Positions 6,969 to 14,765 of a stretch of 25,229 nt of DNA are shown here, one piece after another. The notes under the pieces are model-generated. The model had not been told where the DNA came from. It did not search any database and saw only the letters and a program-made list of their open reading frames with translations. A program made the translations under genes and the position numbers. How positions within the stretch are numbered: position 1 is the stretch's first letter; every line of letters begins with the position of its first letter. This DNA is from a virus (Duplodnaviria; Caudoviricetes), in IMG/VR virus record IMGVR_UViG_3300037961_000628, positions 1-25,229 of that record, one strand, 5' to 3'.

Positions 6969-7751
6969 ATGGCTGATACACAAGTAGCAGAAGCAAAGTC
7001 CACAGCAGTGGCAAATATAATGGATGACCTGTTCGCAAGCGCAGGTCAAGGCATGGACCAAATTGGTGTAGAGGATATGCAGATCCCATTTCTACGGATC
7101 TTACAACCCTTGTCACCACAACTTTTGAAGACAGACCCTAAGTTTATAAAGGGTGCGTCGGCAGGAGATATTTTCAATACGGTAACTGGTCAGTATTGGG
7201 AAGCAGACACTGGTCTTACCGTTTTGGTGTGTGCGTACACTACAAAGTTTCTGGAGTTCCAACTTCGTGAAGCAGGTGGTGGTTTCATGGGTGAGCTAGA
7301 AGCTGGTCATCCTGATATTAGAAAGACTGAACGTGTAGGTGCGAATGAAATGCTGCCCTCCGGCAACGAGCTCGTTCGCGTGGCACAGTTCCTAGTGCTT
7401 GGGGTAGACAAGGATGGTGCTACCACACAGATGATCTGTGACATGAAGAAGACACAGATGAAGATTGCCAAGCAGTGGAATACTAAAATGGCTGGGCTAA
7501 AGATAATGCACCCAGAGAAGGGATTGTTTAATCCACCTATGTGGGCAGTTCCGTGGAAGTTAACCACTGTGCAGGAGAGTAACGACAAGGGATCGTGGTT
7601 CAACTTCGCGGTATCCAAGATGGAGTTAAACGACGTTCCTGTAACAGCGCAGAAGGAGGCTCAAGAAATGTACGAGTCCTTCAAGGCTGGTGATATTAAG
7701 ACGGGTACTGGAGAGAAACAAGCAGAAGAAGGAGTAGACGTACCGTTTTAA
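6969..7751 (+). CDS. Putative single-stranded DNA-binding protein
   Basis: Start re-assigned to ATG 6969 (AGAGGA RBS). Motif D.QIPFLRILQPLSPQ, acidic EEGVDVPF tail, located before the primase. Confidence 0.7.
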   Translation: MADTQVAEAKSTAVANIMDDLFASAGQGMDQIGVEDMQIPFLRILQPLSPQLLKTDPKFIKGASAGDIFNTVTGQYWEADTGLTVLVCAYTTKFLEFQLREAGGGFMGELEAGHPDIRKTERVGANEMLPSGNELVRVAQFLVLGVDKDGATTQMICDMKKTQMKIAKQWNTKMAGLKIMHPEKGLFNPPMWAVPWKLTTVQESNDKGSWFNFAVSKMELNDVPVTAQKEAQEMYESFKAGDIKTGTGEKQAEEGVDVPF

Positions 7752-7756
7752 ACCTC

Positions 7757-7790
7757 TTGGGGTGGTGTTTCCTCCCTTACGCCACCCCAA
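7757..7790 (+). promoter_or_regulatory. 12-bp stem-loop with C/U-rich loop between SSB and primase
   Basis: TTGGGGTGGTGT pairs with ACGCCACCCCAA (one G-U); the loop is TTCCTCCCTT. No U-tract follows. Confidence 0.7.
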
Positions 7791-7808
7791 ACCAACTAGG
7801 GGCAAACC

Positions 7809-9344
7809 ATGACCTATTTTAAAAGGTTCATGGCTGCGTTTGAAGGATTCAGCGCGGCGCATGGACAGACACAAATATCGAATGAAAGAAGGGCTGGCAA
7901 ACAGAAAGCTAAGTCATTCATCGTTCGCAAACCACTAACGGAAGAGCTAATTCAGGAGCATCTTAAGGGCACCAATGGTGTTGGCTCTATCCCGATTAAC
8001 GAAGACAATAACTGCAAGTTCGGTGCGTTGGATATCGATCAATACCCGCTGGACGTTGCTGCGTTGGACAAAAAGTTGCGCGACTTAAAAATACCTTCAG
8101 TGGTATGTCGTTCAAAGTCTGGCGGGGCGCATATATTTTTCTTCTTCAAAGAGTATATTAATGCAGGAGAGTTCCGTGACAAAGCTTCAGAAATTTCATC
8201 GTATCTTGGGTACGGTGGTTGCGAGGTGTTCCCAAAGCAGGAACAAGTTCTCGTCGAGCGTGGCGATGTGGGGAACTTTATTAACCTGCCGTACTTTGAT
8301 GCGGAACAAACTCTCCGCTACGCAATTAGGGAAGACGGAGAGCCAGCGTCGTTAAAAGAATTCCTTGACCTTGTTGACGCGAGGGCTGTATCACCAGATG
8401 AATTTGTTGGTTTGACATTTGGTAAACAGGTTGACGAGTTCAAGGATTGGGCCCCCTGTCTGGGCTGCATGTTCGGACAGGGGATTCCCGAAGGCACACG
8501 CAACACAGTGATGTTTGCGGCAGCCGTGGGCTGTAAGAAAGAGCAGCCCGAAAACTGGAAAGCCAGACTAGAAGAAATTAACAACAAGCACTGCACTCCT
8601 TCCTTGCCAGCGTCGGAGATCGTTACGATCCAGAACCAGCACGAGAAGAAGGAGTACGGATTTCCGTGTGATCAGGAACCACTTAAAAGTTTTTGCAACA
8701 AGACACTTTGCAAGACAAGAAAGTTTGGTATCGGCAGTCATGCGGCGAATATGGATGTGTCGGGGTTATGTGTAGTTAAGTCGGAACCACCTGTTTGGTT
8801 TTGTGATGTAGCTGGACATCGTGTTGAGCTAACGACTGATGACTTACAGACACCACAAAGATTTCAAAAAGCCTGCATGGAACAGATCCGTAAGATGCCA
8901 CCGCTGATGAAGATGGATGTGTGGCAACAGATTGTTTCCGTAATGATGGAAGACATGAGCGAGATTGAGGTCCCCGAAGAACTTACATACAAGGGTCAGT
9001 TCATGGATCTTCTTGAAGGGTTTTGTGATGGCAGGGTGCAGGCTCAGTCAGCCGAAGAGATTACGCTTGGTAAACCATTTACCGACGACGAGGACAACAT
9101 GACATACTTCAAGATAGAAGCGTTGATGAAGTACCTGCGTAATAACAAGTTTGAGACATACAGTCGTGGACAGATACAAGAGCGTTTGAAAGAGCTTAAC
9201 TCTGGTGGTGCGGCTAATGGTCTTAAAAGATTTAAGACTACAAAAGGGGATAGTAAGCCTCTTCGTGTGTGGTGGGTTCCTGCGTTCAACAGAGAGGTCC
9301 TTGTTCCGGCGATCAAGGTCCAAGGTGATGAGGTGCCGTTCTGA
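7809..9344 (+). CDS. AEP-superfamily DNA primase with PriCT-like domain
   Basis: HLKG..GVG.IP...C.FGALDID (DxD motif), SKSGGAH motif, PEGTRN (PriCT-1-like), and Cys cluster C-x8-C-x4-C. Confidence 0.8.
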   Translation: MTYFKRFMAAFEGFSAAHGQTQISNERRAGKQKAKSFIVRKPLTEELIQEHLKGTNGVGSIPINEDNNCKFGALDIDQYPLDVAALDKKLRDLKIPSVVCRSKSGGAHIFFFFKEYINAGEFRDKASEISSYLGYGGCEVFPKQEQVLVERGDVGNFINLPYFDAEQTLRYAIREDGEPASLKEFLDLVDARAVSPDEFVGLTFGKQVDEFKDWAPCLGCMFGQGIPEGTRNTVMFAAAVGCKKEQPENWKARLEEINNKHCTPSLPASEIVTIQNQHEKKEYGFPCDQEPLKSFCNKTLCKTRKFGIGSHAANMDVSGLCVVKSEPPVWFCDVAGHRVELTTDDLQTPQRFQKACMEQIRKMPPLMKMDVWQQIVSVMMEDMSEIEVPEELTYKGQFMDLLEGFCDGRVQAQSAEEITLGKPFTDDEDNMTYFKIEALMKYLRNNKFETYSRGQIQERLKELNSGGAANGLKRFKTTKGDSKPLRVWWVPAFNREVLVPAIKVQGDEVPF

Positions 9345-10858
9345 TGGAAACAACTATCTTCGGACCCCCGGGCACAGGTAAGACAACACGGTTAATTGAA
9401 ATCGTACAGAAAGAGTTGGACAGTGGCACTAGACCAGAGTCCATAGCGTTTGTTTCGTTCAGCCGTAAAGCTGCGGAAGAAGCGCGAACAAGGGCAGCAG
9501 AGAAGTTAGGCATGGATGTTGGACAAATGGTTTGGTTTAGAACCTTACATTCGTTCGCGTATCATTGTCTTGGATTAACTAAAGAACGTGTGTTGCGTGG
9601 TTCTGACTACTCAAAGATAGCAGACCTTATAGGGTTAGAGTTTTCTTCAAACGCCTCTCTAACGATGCAGGATGGTGTGTTGTTTACCGCAGGCAAAAGT
9701 GGTGACGCTTACCTATCGATGATACAGATGGCTAGGGTTACTGGTAGGACGTTGGAAGAGCAGTTCCGAATAACCAACGACAGAAGGTTACATTTCCAGC
9801 AGCTAAAGGTGGTGGATCAGGTTATCAAGGACTACAAGAAAGAAACAAACAAAGTAGATTTTGTGGACATGATTGAGGACTTTATAGTCCAAGGCTATAG
9901 CCCTGATCTTGATGTTCTTATTGTAGACGAAGCGCAAGACCTTGTTCCGTTACAGTGGGAGATGGTTCACGAGATAATTAAACCCAAGGCAAAGCGCATA
10001 TATTTTGCTGGTGATGACGATCAATGCATCTACTCTTGGATGGGTGTAAACGTAGGAGATTTTTTAAGGGCATCCGAAAATAAGATTGTATTGGACAAGT
10101 CATATAGACTCCCCAAGTCTGTGTATAATGTCGCGGATTCTCTTGTAAAACAACTTCGTACAAGACAACAAAAAGTTTGGAAACCTAAAGATGAAACTGG
10201 CACTGTGGTCTGGCATCGTGATATCCTAGATGTGGACTTAACAGCCGGAGAGTGGCTAATTTTAGCCCGTACCAATTTCATTGCTAATAAGATTGCAACC
10301 ACAATTAAAGAGCAAGGATACCTGTTTTGGCGTGAAGGTTCCGGCTGGTCCATTTCCCCTAATGTTCTAACCGGAATCGAGGTATGGCTAAAACTATGCA
10401 AGGATCAATCACTGTCGGCACAGGAATTGAAGAAGCTATCTACATTAATACTTACAGAAGCTACCGTCAAAGGTGGCAGGAAGAAACTCGCAAGTTTAGA
10501 CACCGAACAAACTTACACGCTAACAGATATTCAAGACCTGTTGTCCCCGTCTGTGAACAAGGAGACACCGTGGTACGAAGTTCTGAAAGTCAGCGAGAAG
10601 GAACGAATATATATTACATCAGTACGTCGTATGGGCGAGTCTATTTTGACTGGGACCCCGAGGATCAAGATATCGACGATTCACAAAGCAAAAGGTGGCG
10701 AGGCGGATAACGTCGCTTTACTGTTAGACTCCTCTAGGGCATGTGTTGAAAGCATGGATCAAGACTCCGAGATACGGACGTTTTATGTGGGTCTAACTCG
10801 TGCTAAAAAATCATTACATATTATTGAGTCACAATCACACTATGGATTTGCACTATGA
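9344..10858 (+). CDS. uvrD: UvrD/Rep-like SF1 DNA helicase
   Basis: Motifs GPPGTGKTT, TLHS, DEAQD, GDDDQ.IY, SYR, TIHKAKGGE and YVGLTRAK. Confidence 0.92.
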   Translation: METTIFGPPGTGKTTRLIEIVQKELDSGTRPESIAFVSFSRKAAEEARTRAAEKLGMDVGQMVWFRTLHSFAYHCLGLTKERVLRGSDYSKIADLIGLEFSSNASLTMQDGVLFTAGKSGDAYLSMIQMARVTGRTLEEQFRITNDRRLHFQQLKVVDQVIKDYKKETNKVDFVDMIEDFIVQGYSPDLDVLIVDEAQDLVPLQWEMVHEIIKPKAKRIYFAGDDDQCIYSWMGVNVGDFLRASENKIVLDKSYRLPKSVYNVADSLVKQLRTRQQKVWKPKDETGTVVWHRDILDVDLTAGEWLILARTNFIANKIATTIKEQGYLFWREGSGWSISPNVLTGIEVWLKLCKDQSLSAQELKKLSTLILTEATVKGGRKKLASLDTEQTYTLTDIQDLLSPSVNKETPWYEVLKVSEKERIYITSVRRMGESILTGTPRIKISTIHKAKGGEADNVALLLDSSRACVESMDQDSEIRTFYVGLTRAKKSLHIIESQSHYGFAL

Positions 10859-11133
10859 AAACACGCGAAGATTTTTTAAACAAGGCAGAAGAGCTAATCA
10901 ACGGTCCGAGGGCCAAGGAGTATGGACCAGCTAAGTTCAACCACGAGCGTATAGCAACCATATGGAGTGTTGTGCTCGGTAGGTGTGTAACACCAGAACA
11001 GGTGGTCGCTTGCATGATTGGATTGAAGTTGGCTAGATTAGCCGAAGACATGTCTAAGGATGACTCGTGGGTAGATATCATAGGTTATGCTGCACTCGGA
11101 GGAGAAATTATAAATGACTGCGATGATAGCTGA
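10855..11133 (+). CDS. DUF6378-like phage protein
   Basis: A..LING.R...YG...N..RIA.IW...V..CM..LK.AR...DSWVD..GY pattern. Confidence 0.8.
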   Translation: MKTREDFLNKAEELINGPRAKEYGPAKFNHERIATIWSVVLGRCVTPEQVVACMIGLKLARLAEDMSKDDSWVDIIGYAALGGEIINDCDDS

Positions 11134-11368
11134 TGGCTTTGATAATGCTATAATAGGTATAGCTGAAAGATGTGGGGACGATAAAGTCTTGGCATATGAT
11201 GCTGCAAAATGTATTGAGATCCTTGTAGAAGAACACGACATGACTCACGAGGACGCATTGGAATACTTTTCGTTTAACGTATCCGGTGCTTATGTAGGTA
11301 AAGGAACACCTATATTCGTGTGGACACAGCACCCCATAGATGCTTTGGAGCGGATAAGTGAAGACTGA
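11114..11368 (+). CDS. Conserved hypothetical phage protein
   Basis: GGAGGAG RBS. Motif ADGFDNAIIG...YD...EYFSFNV.GAYVG..TPIF. Confidence 0.8.
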   Translation: MTAMIADGFDNAIIGIAERCGDDKVLAYDAAKCIEILVEEHDMTHEDALEYFSFNVSGAYVGKGTPIFVWTQHPIDALERISED

Positions 11369-13232
11369 TTTATTTGATGAAGAAGAAGAGTGGGCACCCC
11401 CGTCGTCACTGCCTGACCTTACAAACTGTGATCGCATAGCGATTGACTTGGAAACTAGAGATCCAAACCTGACTACACTGGGACCGGGATGGTGTAGGAA
11501 CGATGGCTATGTCATTGGCTTTGCCGTGGCAGCAGGTGACTTCGTTGGTTATTTTCCTATCCGCCACGAAGCTGGCGGGAATATGCCAGAAAAAACAGTA
11601 ATCAATTGGTTAAAGAAGCAGCTTGAAACGCCACACATAGAAAAGATCATGCACAACGCGATGTATGATTTAGGCTGGCTGCGGTGGGCCGGTATTGAAG
11701 TGCAAGGTAAAGTCATTGACACAATGATTGCAGCACCACTTTTGAACGAGAACCGCAGGTTCTACAACTTGAATTCATTGGCTGGTGAGTACCTTGGTGA
11801 GTGGAAGAACGAAAAGATGCTTCGTTCTGCTGCTGAAATGCATGGTGTTGATGCCAAGTCTGGTATGTGGCAGTTGCATGCTAACTTTGTTGGAAGATAT
11901 GCGGAGCAGGATGCTGCGGTAACCTTGCGTCTGTGGGACAGGTTGCGTTCTGAAATTGCCAAGGATGAAGTCAGAAGTATATTTGAGCTAGAGTCCAGTC
12001 TCCTGCCGTGCCTGTTGGACATGAAGACCAAAGGCGTTAGGGTAGACATAGATAAAGCGGAATTAGTCAAGAAAGATTTAAAGAAACGCGAAGATAATTT
12101 ACTTAAAGAGATAAAGGAAGAGACCGGGGTCGCTGTTTCTCCTTGGGAAGCTGCATCTATAGCAAAGGCGTTCGATGCCCTTGGGCTTAAATACCATAGG
12201 ACAAAAAATACGGATGCTCCCTCCTTTACAAAACATTTTCTTGTGAACCACACGCACCCAATTGCACAGAAGATTGTGAAATTGCGTGAATTTAACAAGG
12301 CAAACACTACCTTTGTTGAAACAATACTTGAACATTCGTGTAATGGTCGTATTCATTGTGACTTTAATCCTCTTCGTTCTGACGAGGGCGGCACTGTGAC
12401 TGGTAGATTTTCTTCAAGTAACCCGAACCTACAGCAAATTCCGGCTAGGGATCCAGAGATTAAGTCTTTGATCCGTGGGTTGTTTCTACCAGAGGAAGGA
12501 ACAAAGTGGGGTAGCTTCGACTATGCTTCTCAAGAACCTCGTTGGTTGGCGCATTACTGTGCTCAGTTGTCCGGGGTCCATCGTCATCCCCAGATCGACA
12601 ATGTAGTTGAAATGTATCAGAAGGGCAATGCTGACTTTCATCAGATGGTAGCGGACTTAGCAAGTATTACTCGCAAGGAAGCAAAGACCGTGAACCTTGG
12701 CATTATGTACGGCATGGGCCGCAAGAAACTAGCTGGTGTTATGGGCATCGACGAGGAGCAGGCCAAAGCTTTGTTGGCTCAGTACCACGAGAACGTCCCC
12801 TTCGTTAAAGGGATAGCCGACTTAGCTGCTGAAACAGCGTCTACTTCTGGATCCATAAGGACATGGTTAGGACGTAAGTGTAGGTTTGATATGTGGGAGC
12901 CCATATCCTTTGGGTACAGCAAAGCTCTAAAAATAGAAGAGGCTCTAAAAGAATATGGTGGCAAGGGCAGGATACGACGGGCTTTTACATACAAGGCGTT
13001 GAATAAATTAATTCAGGGTTCGAGTGCGGATCAGACCAAGAAAGCAATGGTTGACTGTTACAAGGAAGGTTTGATACCTATGTTAACAGTGCATGATGAA
13101 TTGTGTTTCAGCATAAAATCTAAAGATCAAGCAAATAGAATTGTAGAAATTATGGAAAACTGCATACCAAAGTTAAACGTGCCATTTGAAGTTGACATGG
13201 CTTTGGTAAACAATTGGGGTGAGGTGGAATGA
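11358..13232 (+). CDS. polA: Family A DNA polymerase with 3'-5' exonuclease, no 5'-3' exonuclease domain
   Basis: ExoI DLET, ExoII HNAMYD, ExoIII YAEQD; TGRFSS.NPNLQQIP; motif A DYASQEPR, motif B AKTVNLGIMYG, motif C VHDE. Confidence 0.96.
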   Translation: MKTDLFDEEEEWAPPSSLPDLTNCDRIAIDLETRDPNLTTLGPGWCRNDGYVIGFAVAAGDFVGYFPIRHEAGGNMPEKTVINWLKKQLETPHIEKIMHNAMYDLGWLRWAGIEVQGKVIDTMIAAPLLNENRRFYNLNSLAGEYLGEWKNEKMLRSAAEMHGVDAKSGMWQLHANFVGRYAEQDAAVTLRLWDRLRSEIAKDEVRSIFELESSLLPCLLDMKTKGVRVDIDKAELVKKDLKKREDNLLKEIKEETGVAVSPWEAASIAKAFDALGLKYHRTKNTDAPSFTKHFLVNHTHPIAQKIVKLREFNKANTTFVETILEHSCNGRIHCDFNPLRSDEGGTVTGRFSSSNPNLQQIPARDPEIKSLIRGLFLPEEGTKWGSFDYASQEPRWLAHYCAQLSGVHRHPQIDNVVEMYQKGNADFHQMVADLASITRKEAKTVNLGIMYGMGRKKLAGVMGIDEEQAKALLAQYHENVPFVKGIADLAAETASTSGSIRTWLGRKCRFDMWEPISFGYSKALKIEEALKEYGGKGRIRRAFTYKALNKLIQGSSADQTKKAMVDCYKEGLIPMLTVHDELCFSIKSKDQANRIVEIMENCIPKLNVPFEVDMALVNNWGEVE

Positions 13233-13238
13233 GGTAAA

Positions 13239-13445
13239 ATGTTTGAGGCGATGATATTAGTGTGTCTAGTTATCAATACGTCGGATTGTAAAGTATTCGA
13301 GGACACGCGAGGACCGTATGAAACTATCGGTCAATGCAACGACAGAGCAGCAGAAATGACGATTGAACTTATGTCTGATCCAGAATTTAAAGAGTTAGTT
13401 GTTTCTGGGGCTAGGTGCGATAGGATTTCTGGGTTGAAGACGTAA
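13239..13445 (+). CDS. Small Cys-patterned protein (DUF1482-like)
   Basis: GAGGT RBS. Pattern MFEAMILVC-x7-C...YETIGQC...ARC. Confidence 0.75.
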   Translation: MFEAMILVCLVINTSDCKVFEDTRGPYETIGQCNDRAAEMTIELMSDPEFKELVVSGARCDRISGLKT

Positions 13446-13593
13446 CTGAACATGTCTCACCCTGACAACAGTCGTCGATCACTGCTTTACAGTAAGCACA
13501 TTGCCCATGACCATGCACTTGGATCACTTTTAGAGGTGATTGACACCTCGGACAGCGATTCTCAGGGCCTTGAGGGTATACTGGTACGTTCAT
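13411..13593 (-). CDS. Small Zn-finger-like protein
   Basis: CPRC...VHGHGQCAYC...DCCQGETC, with GGAG upstream. Confidence 0.7.
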   Translation of the reverse strand: MNVPVYPQGPENRCPRCQSPLKVIQVHGHGQCAYCKAVIDDCCQGETCSVTSSTQKSYRT

Positions 13594-13709
13594 TAATCAC
13601 GAGCTCCACGAGAATCGATGTTTTTATATAGTAAACACAGTGACTTAGCAATGCTGCTGATTAGCCTCTGGTTCCTTACTTTTATGCTGGGGTTAGTTTT
13701 TGGTTAGTT

Positions 13710-13931
13710 TTACTCTATTATTTTTACAATATAGCTAGTGCCATCCGCATTTTTTGATACCTCAACGGTTTTGTTCTCGCATGAATACCTGACGGACTGG
13801 CTTCTTTTATACAAATTTCTTTCAATAGTGCGCTTGGCTTTAAGACACTTGGATATCTTTTCGTAGGCGGTGTGTTCCGCTACATCACCGCCCATATATA
13901 GTATGAGAGTTATGGTTTTAATGATTTCCAT
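13710..13931 (-). CDS. Small Cys-containing protein in the lysis region
   Basis: Hydrophobic N-terminus and YEKISKC...YSC. Overlaps the upstream gene by 14 nt. Confidence 0.75.
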   Translation of the reverse strand: MEIIKTITLILYMGGDVAEHTAYEKISKCLKAKRTIERNLYKRSQSVRYSCENKTVEVSKNADGTSYIVKIIE

Positions 13932-14316
13932 TACGCATCTTCTCTAGGTTTTCTTCTAACGAATTTAAACGCTTCTCGTAAAATTCTAGTGTTAGCTTCT
14001 GCTGCTGATCATATGGGGCTTTGCCCTCATCTATCTGTGCAGACAAATCATCTAACTGATTCGACAGGTGTTCAATTAACATAAACTGTTCGCTGTCTGC
14101 GGGAAGACTACCCATTTCGCCTCGGGGCCACTTAATCCGAAACTCGGTGTTCTGACCCAAGTCAGCTTCCATCATGGTTATGTTTGTTTCTATCTGATTC
14201 AGTCGTTCTATAATACCAAAATATGCCCATGTCGCTATGCTTGCCGCAGCCACCATACTTATGATGTTGCGTAAAGGTAGAGCGACCTCTGTGTTTTCGT
14301 TAAGCTTCGTAGCCAT
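13918..14316 (-). CDS. Single-TM coiled-coil membrane protein, possible lysis accessory (i-spanin-like)
   Basis: Hydrophobic segment IISMVAAASIATWAYFGII followed by heptad-rich helices. Lies directly downstream of the lysozyme. Confidence 0.7.
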   Translation of the reverse strand: MATKLNENTEVALPLRNIISMVAAASIATWAYFGIIERLNQIETNITMMEADLGQNTEFRIKWPRGEMGSLPADSEQFMLIEHLSNQLDDLSAQIDEGKAPYDQQQKLTLEFYEKRLNSLEENLEKMRNGNH

Positions 14317-14321
14317 TGTTA

Positions 14322-14765
14322 CTAAGCTAGATCACGAATCCGCTTAACCAAACGCTTGGCCCGGTTCGGAACCTGATCATGCCACCTCGAATCGACCATC
14401 TCGTCTGCGGCCCTATTCCAGTCCCGAGCATCAACTCCAGCCTTCATGCCTTTGAATTTGGATAGGCGGGGCCGACCCATATTAAACATCATATTGCAAA
14501 TAACTAATTGTGCCTCTTCGGGCAGATCATCAAAGTCATCGTACAATACTTTGCATTCGTCGATAGTCACAGCCACATCTAAGTTGAATGCTTTACGCAC
14601 CCTCTCTTCGGATACCTCCGTACCAATGGGTTGACCAAACTCTGGGTCGGACTCGGTAATGAGGTGACCGATTCCGAAAGTTGGTAAATTTAGATGGTCC
14701 AAATATATCTCGTACTTGCAGCCCTCATCGTCCGCAAGCTCTTGTCTTAATTGATCTTTGTTCAT
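14322..14765 (-). CDS. T4-type lysozyme (GH24) endolysin
   Basis: Catalytic E-x8-D-x5-T in DEGCKYEIYLDHLNLPTFGIGH. Also NMMFNMG, AADEM.DS.W..Q.PNRA.R. Confidence 0.93.
   Translation of the reverse strand: MNKDQLRQELADDEGCKYEIYLDHLNLPTFGIGHLITESDPEFGQPIGTEVSEERVRKAFNLDVAVTIDECKVLYDDFDDLPEEAQLVICNMMFNMGRPRLSKFKGMKAGVDARDWNRAADEMVDSRWHDQVPNRAKRLVKRIRDLA

Noticed and set aside
7757-7800. Hairpin as a rho-independent terminator
   Set aside because: There is no U-tract on either strand. It is kept as a regulatory hairpin instead.
13628-13650. TAAACACAGTGACTTAG as a dif/Xer or IHF site
   Set aside because: It has too many mismatches to either consensus, and no integrase or recombinase is in the window.
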